From a virus (lineage: Duplodnaviria > Caudoviricetes): a DNA stretch of 24,780 bases. The notes beneath the pieces were generated by a model. It saw only the letters and a list, made by a program, of their open reading frames with translations, made no database searches and was not told the DNA's origin. Of the stretch, positions 1 through 7,574 are shown piece by piece. The position numbers and the translations under genes were made by a program. The stretch is taken from positions 1 through 24,780 of IMG/VR virus record IMGVR_UViG_3300023100_000008, one strand, 5' to 3'. The first letter of the stretch is position 1; the number at the start of each line of letters is the position of its first letter.

Positions 1-459
1 TTTTTCTTTGTCATCGGCAGCTTGTTTTGCTTCCAGTGCTTCTGCATCGGCTTTTGCTTTAGCATCGGCAGCTTGTTTTGCTTCCAGTGCTTCTGCATCG
101 GCTTTTGCTTTGGCATCAGCAGCTTGTTTTGCTTCCAGTGCTTCTGCATCGGCTTTTGCTTTAGCATCGGCAGCTTGTTTTGCTTCCAGTGCTTCTGCAT
201 CGGCTTTTGCTTTGGCATCAGCAGCTTGTTTTGCTTCTAGTGCTTCTGCATCTGCTTTTGCTTTAGCATCAGGTAGTTGAGCCTTTGTAGTCTGTAACTC
301 TTCAGCATCAACATCGATCTCGTTGATATCAACTTCAACTATTGCTTCTCCTGGAGAAACAACCTTTTTATTTGCCAATGTTCTTGCATGACTACGGGCT
401 GTATCTTCTTTATAGAATTGTTGGCCATCTGATGTAGTGAAATGTTCAGCTATATTCAT
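1..459 (-). CDS. Phage protein with Ala/Lys/Glu-rich 17-aa tandem repeats (3' end beyond window)
   Basis: Not in ORF track. ATG at 459, 1 nt after the stop of the upstream gene; open to position 1: MNIAEHFTTSDGQQFYKEDTARSHARTLANKKVV...(DAKAKADAEALEAKQAA)x5-DDKEK. Confidence 0.85.
   Translation of the reverse strand, partial: MNIAEHFTTSDGQQFYKEDTARSHARTLANKKVVSPGEAIVEVDINEIDVDAEELQTTKAQLPDAKAKADAEALEAKQAADAKAKADAEALEAKQAADAKAKADAEALEAKQAADAKAKADAEALEAKQAADAKAKADAEALEAKQAADDKEK
12..270. repeat. Coding tandem repeat, 5 x 51 bp plus a partial unit
   Basis: Units start at 12, 63, 114, 165, 216 and (267). Junction variants TTTAGCATCGG and TTTGGCATCAG alternate. Confidence 0.95.
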
Positions 460-460
460 C

Positions 461-973
461 TTAAATTGATTTTTTGAATTTGTAAATTAGATAGATCAGT
501 CCCAGGGCAATCAGAAAAATAAAAAATCGACCACACCATACTTCTGTTTGTTGCCAGTAGTTTAAAGGCTTTTCGTAAGGAACCGGTATTGTTTTTGTTC
601 CCTGCTTGTTTTCTGATATGTAAGTTTCTTTCCAGGAGGCGAAGAGCCGTTGTGCTTCTGCCTTACAATCAACGCTTAGTTTATTGTCCTGAATATTTAC
701 ATCCGGAGGTTTTAGGTTTTTCCCTGGTGTTAAAACGGGATCTCCTATTATTTTGACTTTTCCGTCTTTACATTCTAACCATGCGCTATAATAGCTGCTA
801 TCTTTTTCGGTCAACAAAACGGTGTCTCTAACTATTACTTTGGTTGTAATTGTGTTTACTTCGGTTGTTGTTGATAAAGGAACGCTGTTACTTTTGCAAG
901 AAACCAGCGTTCCGATAAGCAAAAACAAAAAACAGAAGTAAAATGAGCAGAGTGTATTTTTAATATTTTTCAT
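461..973 (-). CDS. Lipoprotein, putative unimolecular spanin (u-spanin)
   Basis: N-terminal lipobox (LVS-C), beta-rich middle, C-terminal TM helix (FFIFLIALGLIYLIY) with basic tail; directly after the endolysin. Confidence 0.7.
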   Translation of the reverse strand: MKNIKNTLCSFYFCFLFLLIGTLVSCKSNSVPLSTTTEVNTITTKVIVRDTVLLTEKDSSYYSAWLECKDGKVKIIGDPVLTPGKNLKPPDVNIQDNKLSVDCKAEAQRLFASWKETYISENKQGTKTIPVPYEKPLNYWQQTEVWCGRFFIFLIALGLIYLIYKFKKSI

Positions 974-997
974 ATTTAAATGCTTTTTAAATAGGCT

Positions 998-1456
998 TTA
1001 AAATCTTATAAAACCTTTCATTTGTGATATTTTACGATCATATCTTCGTGCGACTTCATAACCCTCTCGACTTCCATCGTCGTTGGTGTTACCTTCAATT
1101 GTTTGCAGTTTGCCATTTGGCAAAATCTTTTCTACAAAGCCAGTGTGTCCATTGCCTTTGCCAAAATCCATAATAAAGAAGTCACCCGGCTGCGGCGTGG
1201 TAACTCTTAGTTTTTCCATTTTATTGAACATTGCTAAAACACCGGCTGTTTGGGCTAATGGATTACTAACATTTAATTTTATTGATGCTTCTTTTACAGA
1301 CCAATAAACGAAAGCCATGCACCACGCGTAACCTTTTCCTAATCCCACTGATTTTAGATATTTTTCAACCGCTGGTCCAGCATTGCTGTTTTTGGGTATT
1401 TCTTGTACGCCGATTTGGCTTTGGGCTATTTCAAGTGCTTTACTTCGTAGTGTCAT
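998..1456 (-). CDS. CHAP-domain endolysin (peptidoglycan hydrolase)
   Basis: CHAP motifs AWCMAFV (catalytic Cys), GHTGFV (His) and IEGNT. Confidence 0.9.
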   Translation of the reverse strand: MTLRSKALEIAQSQIGVQEIPKNSNAGPAVEKYLKSVGLGKGYAWCMAFVYWSVKEASIKLNVSNPLAQTAGVLAMFNKMEKLRVTTPQPGDFFIMDFGKGNGHTGFVEKILPNGKLQTIEGNTNDDGSREGYEVARRYDRKISQMKGFIRF

Positions 1457-1739
1457 GGGGTTTTCCGTTTAGTTGTTTGAACTTTTGCAACTCATCTACT
1501 AACTGCTGATTTATAAGCATTAATTCCTTGTGTTGGATTTCCATTCCTTTGATAGTCTCGTAAGCTGCGGTCAATCTCGTTGCCATATCATCGAGCATAT
1601 CTCGGTAATATTTAACAGCCATTACGGCGTTATCAAGTTCAGCTGCTCGATCTTCTGCGAGCGATTTGCGTTTTGAAAAGAACCAGGTAATTAATGCTGC
1701 GAAAAAAGCAGTTAGAGTTGGGTATACAAATTGTTCCAT
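1440..1739 (-). CDS. Putative holin-like membrane protein (N-terminal TM + coiled coil)
   Basis: Single N-terminal hydrophobic helix and heptad-rich C-terminus; overlaps the endolysin start. Confidence 0.55.
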   Translation of the reverse strand: MEQFVYPTLTAFFAALITWFFSKRKSLAEDRAAELDNAVMAVKYYRDMLDDMATRLTAAYETIKGMEIQHKELMLINQQLVDELQKFKQLNGKPHDTTK

Positions 1740-1750
1740 TTAATCGTTTT

Positions 1751-1797
1751 AAAAAAAGGCTCTAATAATTGGCTTTAAAAAACCATTAGAGCCTTTT
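1751..1797 (-). terminator. Intrinsic terminator between capsid and lysis genes
   Basis: AAAAGGCTCTAAT (1754-1766) / ATTAGAGCCTTTT (1785-1797) inverted repeat, ending in T7 on the minus strand. Confidence 0.7.
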
Positions 1798-1821
1798 GCA
1801 TATTTATATCTCGTTTATGTC

Positions 1822-2745
1822 TTAAAGGATCGCTCCGATTTTCTCAGCTCTGAAAGGAGTTGCTAAGAAATAGTGACGGTAAGACAGATCATTTGTTTGA
1901 CCAGATGGATTTGCTGAAGCAGGCGCAAAATACTGATTTGTATTACCTGTTTTCTTTGCAACACCGCCCAATGAAAAAACAATCGAACCCGCCTTGTCAG
2001 TTCCGGCAGGTACAGAGCCGAAAGCTTTTTTTACACCCGCAGCCGTATAGTATGGCATGTTTTCGTAGGTATATAAATGAAATCCTGCGATCTTCGGTGC
2101 TGGCATTCCTTCTGTGTAATTGATCAGTTTATCACCAAAGTTTTTACGGTCTAATAACAAATCGTTCCAGTGATCTTCCGTTAAAACCAAACGTCTGTCT
2201 TTTAGAGGAAACTTACCTGACTTACAAACCGATTTAAATTTTACTAAGTCATCATAAGTCAGTCTTGGACGGGTACCGTCCATTAAAGGCGCATCAGTCC
2301 CATTCACACCCGTAGCAAAAAACACCGGGGTTTTGGTAGTATTTGTCTGTGGAGCTATCGAGTGGATTGCTTTAGCATATTTTTCAACCAAAATTGCTCT
2401 TACACAACTTTTGGTTACAGTGTCTATTTTATCATAAGACGCTCCCAATATCTGATCATCAGAAACCGTTACCACTTTAGTTTGGTACTTATCCAGTGTA
2501 AACTGTAAATGACCATCTGTATACTCCTGAACAGGAATCGGATAAGTGTTATTGTTGACTAATACGTCAACTTCGAAGTCTGTTGCAGCAATGTGAATAA
2601 TGTTTTGTTCAGTTGCTGTGTTTTTACCCAACTCACTAACATCAGCATCAAGTTCGGCAACTCCATCTAACCATGGAGCCTGATCCGCTTCATCTAGGTT
2701 TTCGATCACGCGATCTAACCAAATTTCTGGGAAATTTAATGGCAT
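1822..2745 (-). CDS. Major capsid protein
   Basis: 307 aa, directly downstream of the prohead protease and followed by a terminator; size and position fit a major capsid protein. Confidence 0.8.
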   Translation of the reverse strand: MPLNFPEIWLDRVIENLDEADQAPWLDGVAELDADVSELGKNTATEQNIIHIAATDFEVDVLVNNNTYPIPVQEYTDGHLQFTLDKYQTKVVTVSDDQILGASYDKIDTVTKSCVRAILVEKYAKAIHSIAPQTNTTKTPVFFATGVNGTDAPLMDGTRPRLTYDDLVKFKSVCKSGKFPLKDRRLVLTEDHWNDLLLDRKNFGDKLINYTEGMPAPKIAGFHLYTYENMPYYTAAGVKKAFGSVPAGTDKAGSIVFSLGGVAKKTGNTNQYFAPASANPSGQTNDLSYRHYFLATPFRAEKIGAIL

Positions 2746-2748
2746 ATT

Positions 2749-3708
2749 TTATTTTTTTGTGTTAAACAATTTTGCATACTCATCTGGTTGGGTAGTTTTA
2801 AAAGCCAACTGAGCATCCAGACTTAATTTTTGAAACTCTTCTTTAGTTGTGGCACCGCCACCAACAGCAACGACTGTTTTATCTGCTAAAGTGATTTTTG
2901 CCGGGATTGAATCCAGTGTAGTTTTAAGAATTGAAAGGCTAACGTTTCCTAGCGCTTCGAACTCCGCTCTTTTTGGAGCTGCAAACTTTCCTGCTGCCTG
3001 TCCTGCATCTAGCGTTGCTTTTAAATCAGCAGCTACGGCGTTGTCTTTTTCAGTTTGCATGGCCAGTAATTTGCCTTTGCTTTCTGCGTTCTCTAATGAT
3101 AATTTCAATACAGCTGCCTCAACAGCTTCAACATCCACTTCGGGCGTTGCTTTATCGAAACTTAAAGCTGTTAATACAGCAAGTGATAGTGTGATTTTTT
3201 TCATATCGTTTTTAGGGTTTAAATCCAGAGTTATTTTTTCGCCTGGTTCAGGCTGTAGTGACAAACACAATTGCTTAACCTCTTCATCTTTTAAGAGTTC
3301 ACCAGATTGGCTGTAAAGACGAACTGAATTAGCATTTGAAGGAACTGCAACAATAGAACACTCATAAAGCTCACATTTAGTCATGATGAGTTCCTCACCG
3401 ATAATTTGTAAATCTTCACGATTAAATGAGATTCCCATTGAGCATGATTTTATAAATTCACGATCAACTTTCCCTGCAACTATTGCGGCTTTCTCATCGT
3501 CCAAGTCGAAAACAGGTTCGCCAAGTAGTAAGTCACTGTCAACTTTCACGTTTTCCCATCGTCCCAGAACATTTGTAGTTGAGTTCCAGTGATCATTTAA
3601 CATCATTGGATTTTTCTTGAATCGCTTCAAACTAATTCCAGATGTTACAATTCTGAATCCGTAACTATTTATTTGCGTTTGATCATTAAAAACAAATGGT
3701 TTAGGCAT
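2749..3708 (-). CDS. Prohead maturation protease with C-terminal scaffold region
   Basis: NPMMLNDH, SCSMGI and ELYECSIVAVPSNANS motifs of HK97-type prohead serine proteases; Ala-rich helical C-terminal half. Confidence 0.88.
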   Translation of the reverse strand: MPKPFVFNDQTQINSYGFRIVTSGISLKRFKKNPMMLNDHWNSTTNVLGRWENVKVDSDLLLGEPVFDLDDEKAAIVAGKVDREFIKSCSMGISFNREDLQIIGEELIMTKCELYECSIVAVPSNANSVRLYSQSGELLKDEEVKQLCLSLQPEPGEKITLDLNPKNDMKKITLSLAVLTALSFDKATPEVDVEAVEAAVLKLSLENAESKGKLLAMQTEKDNAVAADLKATLDAGQAAGKFAAPKRAEFEALGNVSLSILKTTLDSIPAKITLADKTVVAVGGGATTKEEFQKLSLDAQLAFKTTQPDEYAKLFNTKK

Positions 3709-3743
3709 AGGCTAAATTTTGTGGTTATTTCATTTTCTGATGG

Positions 3744-3874
3744 CAAAGATTAGCAGTAAAAAAGCCTTAAAAAAAAATCGTGACACTCGCTGAACTCTTG
3801 TATAAACTGGTTGATTAAGGTTATAAACTCGCTGAACATCTTTTTTTTTGACCGCCTTTATTAAGTCAATTTTG
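3744..3874. promoter_or_regulatory. Divergent late promoter region with three boxes at 21-bp period
   Basis: ACTCGCTGAAC at 3785 and 3827, degenerate ACTGGTTGAT at 3806; flanked by A9 and T9 tracts and degenerate -7 boxes (AATCTTTG on minus, 3744-3751; CAATTTTG on plus, 3867-3874). Confidence 0.6.
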
Positions 3875-3891
3875 CTTATAAAATCGACACT

Positions 3892-4329
3892 ATGGCACTC
3901 AGAAAGGCACAGGAAAAGGAGTATGCAAAATCCTTATATATAGGTGGGGGATTAACTCAAAAGGAAATAGCTGAAAGAGTTTCTGTCACCGAAAAAACAT
4001 TAGCAAAATGGATTAAGGAGGGTAAATGGGAAAATCTTAAAAAGTCATTACTAACCACAAAGCAAAATCAGTTGTCATTTTTATATGATCAGCTCGACTT
4101 TCTGAATACCGATATTTCGAAAAGAGAATTTAAAGTCGCTGTTGGGAAAGAAGCCGATACGATTATAAAAATAACCGCTGCAATTAATCGACTTGAAACT
4201 GAAACCTCAATTGGCGATACTGTAGAAGTTGCCAGAAACTTCATTGAGTTTGTGCGCCCACAAGATTTAGAGCTTGCTAAAACAATTACCAACTTTTTTG
4301 ATGTCTTCATCACTGCAAAAATGAAATAA
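3892..4329 (+). CDS. Terminase small subunit (HTH, DUF1804-like)
   Basis: N-terminal HTH (LTQKEIAERVSVTEKTLAKWIKEGKW); TAATG coupling to TerL. Confidence 0.8.
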   Translation: MALRKAQEKEYAKSLYIGGGLTQKEIAERVSVTEKTLAKWIKEGKWENLKKSLLTTKQNQLSFLYDQLDFLNTDISKREFKVAVGKEADTIIKITAAINRLETETSIGDTVEVARNFIEFVRPQDLELAKTITNFFDVFITAKMK

Positions 4330-5858
4330 TGGCCAGCGCAGAAGATAAAAAGTACTACGAATTATGGCAGCAGTTTCGGGAGAACACCCGAAAGGCAACA
4401 CCTATTGATTTAACGGAAAGTCTGGTTGATAAACAAAACCGTATTTCCAAACTGGAAAAAAACCCGGAACAATGGTTTAAATACTATTTTCCTAATTTTT
4501 ACACCTCAGAACCGGCACCATTTCATAAAGCTTCAACATTAAGAGTTTTAAAAAATCCTGAATGGTATATAGTTCGTTCCTGGTCTCGTGAGCTTTCGAA
4601 AACCGGACGTACAATGATGGAAGTTCTTTACCTGGCAATGACAGGAAAAAAGAAAAACATTTTGTTAGTATCTAGTACTTATGATAATGCTGAGCGTTTG
4701 TTACTTCCTTACAAATCTATTTTAGAAGCCAATAACAGGATTATAAATGATTACGGCGAACAGGAAAGTTTGGGAGCTTGGGAAGCTGGCGAATTTGTTA
4801 CGAAAAAAGGTGTTTCGTTTCGTGCTCTGGGCGCTGGACAGTCACCTCGTGGAACTCGTAAAGATGAAGTACGTCCGGATTGTATATTGATTGATGATAT
4901 TGATACTGACGAGGAATGCCGTAATGCATCACGAGTAAAAGCCAAAGTAAAATGGTTAGAAGAGGCTTTATATGGTACTCGTTCAATTTCAAACCCCTTA
5001 TTATGGATTGCTTGCGGTAACATTATTGCTAAATATTGTTGTATAACCGAAATGGCAAAAGTTGCTGACGAGCACGAGATCATAAACATTCGTGACAAAA
5101 CCGGAGTTTCTACATGGCCACAAAAGAACACCGAAGCTTTAATTGATCGCGCGCTTTCTAAAATATCATGGACAGCACAGCAAAAAGAATATTTCAACAA
5201 TCCAGTTGCAGATGGTGATGTCTTTAAAGAGATTATTTACGGTAAATGTCCACCTTTAAATTCTTGTGATTCTGTCCTGGCTTATGCTGACCCGTCAACC
5301 TCTAATAAAGACAAAGGTGCCAGTAAACAAGCCTCTTATAAATCTGTGGGTATTATTGGTAAAAAAGGCGCTAAGCGTTACTTATACAAAGTTTGGCTTA
5401 AGCAAACTAATAATGCAACTTTCGTTAGTTGGCTTTTTGAAGCTTACGATTACCTGGTGCAAAACAAGGTAGATATTAAGAGAATTTACATTGAAAACAA
5501 TTCACTACAAGACCCGCATTACGAGCAAGTGATCACTCCTGAAATCAAAAAAAGAAACAAGGAAATGGATGTGTATTTACCAATTACTGAAGACACCCGT
5601 AAAAAGCCGGACAAGTTTTTTAGGATCGAGGGTACGCTGGAACCGATTCACTCAAAAGGAAACTTGATTTTCAATATTGATGAAAAAACAAACCCGGACA
5701 TGGTTGTTATGGAAGGTCAAATGTTAGGAGTGGAAGAAAATGCAAAAACAATGGATGGTCCCGATATGTTGGAGGGTGGCTGTTGGCTTTTAGAAAATAA
5801 AACAGTTCCTATGGAAGGCGGTTACTCTTATGGTTCTGTTAGTAATAGAAAATTTTAA
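4329..5858 (+). CDS. Terminase large subunit
   Basis: Deviant Walker A (WSRELSKT), GQSPRG, Walker B (ILIDDID), nuclease motifs YADPS and DGPDMLEG. Confidence 0.9.
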   Translation: MASAEDKKYYELWQQFRENTRKATPIDLTESLVDKQNRISKLEKNPEQWFKYYFPNFYTSEPAPFHKASTLRVLKNPEWYIVRSWSRELSKTGRTMMEVLYLAMTGKKKNILLVSSTYDNAERLLLPYKSILEANNRIINDYGEQESLGAWEAGEFVTKKGVSFRALGAGQSPRGTRKDEVRPDCILIDDIDTDEECRNASRVKAKVKWLEEALYGTRSISNPLLWIACGNIIAKYCCITEMAKVADEHEIINIRDKTGVSTWPQKNTEALIDRALSKISWTAQQKEYFNNPVADGDVFKEIIYGKCPPLNSCDSVLAYADPSTSNKDKGASKQASYKSVGIIGKKGAKRYLYKVWLKQTNNATFVSWLFEAYDYLVQNKVDIKRIYIENNSLQDPHYEQVITPEIKKRNKEMDVYLPITEDTRKKPDKFFRIEGTLEPIHSKGNLIFNIDEKTNPDMVVMEGQMLGVEENAKTMDGPDMLEGGCWLLENKTVPMEGGYSYGSVSNRKF

Positions 5859-5862
5859 AAAT

Positions 5863-6285
5863 ATGTTTTTAGAAAAAAATGATTTAGGAAGTGCCATTTA
5901 TGGCTATCAGGTTGACCAGATCACCGAGGGAAATGACGATTTAGTTATGCAGGCAATTGGAGCAGCAATTCAGGAAGTTGGCGGCTATTTGTCCGGCGCA
6001 TCATCTTATGACGTTCCTGCCATTTTTGCAACTACTGGAACCGCTAGAAATGCTTTGATTCTAACACACACCGTCACGGTTGCAAAATGGTATTTGGTTG
6101 AATTTTGCAATGCTGATATTATATATGAGCAAGCAAAAGAAAGATATGATAGAGCTGTGTCCTGGTTAATTAAATTATCAAAGGGAACTGTCATTTTAGA
6201 CCTTCCTACAATTCCAATAAATGAACAGGAAGATGAATTGGACACTTTCGGTTGGGGGTCAAGAACAAAATTTAATCACGAGTAA
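5863..6285 (+). CDS. Mu gp36-like (DUF1320) head-tail adaptor protein
   Basis: Start moved to ATG 5863, after the TerL stop. ERYDRAVSWLIKLSKG motif typical of DUF1320; lies between TerL and portal. Confidence 0.8.
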   Translation: MFLEKNDLGSAIYGYQVDQITEGNDDLVMQAIGAAIQEVGGYLSGASSYDVPAIFATTGTARNALILTHTVTVAKWYLVEFCNADIIYEQAKERYDRAVSWLIKLSKGTVILDLPTIPINEQEDELDTFGWGSRTKFNHE

Positions 6286-6287
6286 AA

Positions 6288-7541
6288 ATGGCAAATAGAA
6301 AAGTTAGATCACTAGCACGTAAAAATATAGAATTAGCGGCAAAAACAACAACTGTAAAATCAGGCTCTCCCGGATTAGTTAATCAAATTATACCGGTTGC
6401 TATGTCTCGCGTTCGTCAGGACGTGTTAACATGGAATACAGCATTAACAATGGCACGTAAACCTGAGAAGCCTAAGCGTTTTCTGTTGATGAATTTATAC
6501 GATGAAATTTTTATCGATGGTTTATTGCGTTCACAGGTTGGGAATCGTTTTTTAAAATCTTTAGCGTGTAACTTTCAAATAACTGATAAAGCAGGAAAAG
6601 TTAACGAAGAGGTAACCAATTTTTTGCAGGATAAAATTTGGGTTAATGAAATCAATAAAGCAATCTTAGGAACGGTCACACATGGTCATTCTGTTATAGA
6701 GCTGGATTGGATAAAAAAACTTAACAACCAAGAAGTAACAGAACCGCAATTGGGAGCCAAACTTTTAAAAAGGCAAAACATTGATCCCAAGGAAGGGATT
6801 TTCTATCCTGACTATAGAGATGACAAAGGAACTGCATATCGTGAAATGCGTGAGTTTGGAACCTGGATTTTAGAGTTCGGAGATACTGAGGATTTAGGTT
6901 TGATGAATTGTGCTGTACCGCACGTTTTATTCAAGCGTTTCGCGCAATCCTGTTGGTCTGAACTTTGCGAGATTGCCGGCATTCCGCCACGTGTTATGAA
7001 AACCGACACGCAAAATATTGCGATGCTTCGAAGAGCTGAGCGGATGATGAAAGAAATGGGAGCCGCTGCTTGGTTTATTATTGACGAAAATGAAAAGTTC
7101 GAATGGGCAGAAGCCACGAAAACGGATGGCGCTGTTTATGACAATTTAATGAAATTTTGTAACAACGAACTTTCAATGCTTTTCAATGGCGCTGTAATGG
7201 GGCAGGACACCAAAAACGGCAGCCGATCCAAAGAAACTTCGATGCAAGAAACATTACAAACTTTAGTTGATAGTGATTTATCGCTTATTGAGCAATATTG
7301 GAATGCAGTGGTTATTCCTGCATTGATCAACATCGGCATTATCTCTGGAGAATGTGTTTTCTCATATCCTGAAACCGAAGATATTGCCCAATTGTGGTCA
7401 ATGACAAAGGAAGCAATGCAGCATTATGAAATGGATATAGAATGGATGAATGCAACTTTTGGCTTAAAAATATTGAAGCCCAAACAAGCTGCATCAGCTC
7501 CGGCGACAAATCTCTCATTTGGCGAAGGTTTTTTCGTTTAA
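6288..7541 (+). CDS. Portal protein (Mu gp29-like, DUF935)
   Basis: 417 aa with WSELCEIAGIPPRVMKT and GAVMGQDTKNGSRSK motifs; sits upstream of MuF. Confidence 0.88.
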   Translation: MANRKVRSLARKNIELAAKTTTVKSGSPGLVNQIIPVAMSRVRQDVLTWNTALTMARKPEKPKRFLLMNLYDEIFIDGLLRSQVGNRFLKSLACNFQITDKAGKVNEEVTNFLQDKIWVNEINKAILGTVTHGHSVIELDWIKKLNNQEVTEPQLGAKLLKRQNIDPKEGIFYPDYRDDKGTAYREMREFGTWILEFGDTEDLGLMNCAVPHVLFKRFAQSCWSELCEIAGIPPRVMKTDTQNIAMLRRAERMMKEMGAAAWFIIDENEKFEWAEATKTDGAVYDNLMKFCNNELSMLFNGAVMGQDTKNGSRSKETSMQETLQTLVDSDLSLIEQYWNAVVIPALINIGIISGECVFSYPETEDIAQLWSMTKEAMQHYEMDIEWMNATFGLKILKPKQAASAPATNLSFGEGFFV

Positions 7542-7574
7542 GCCCCAAAGTTTATAAACAGTATTTTGGGGCTT
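7529..7574 (+). promoter_or_regulatory. Candidate programmed -1 ribosomal frameshift signal
   Basis: Heptamer T TTT TTC (7529-7535) in the portal frame, then hairpin AAGCCCCAAAGT / ATTTTGGGGCTT (7540-7551 / 7563-7574). The -1 frame is the MuF ORF. Confidence 0.75.

Noticed and set aside
12-270. Possible CRISPR array
   Set aside because: Contiguous 51-bp in-frame coding repeats with no unique spacers and no cas genes.
8-280. Plus-strand repetitive ORFs 8..280 and 22..240
   Set aside because: Antisense shadows of the minus-strand repeat protein (1..459).
2746-2758. A AAA AAA slippery run or read-through between protease and capsid
   Set aside because: The -1 frame closes after ~20 codons, no stimulatory structure is evident, and the capsid has its own ATG.
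7442-7534. ATG 7442 as the MuF start
   Set aside because: Needs a 100-nt overlap with the portal and the peptide looks like an off-frame read; frameshift entry or TTG 7649 is more plausible. Not formally excluded.
7540-7574. Hairpin as an intrinsic terminator
   Set aside because: Only a very short U run on the plus strand (TTT, mostly within the stem), none on the minus strand, and it lies mid-operon; position fits a frameshift stimulator better.
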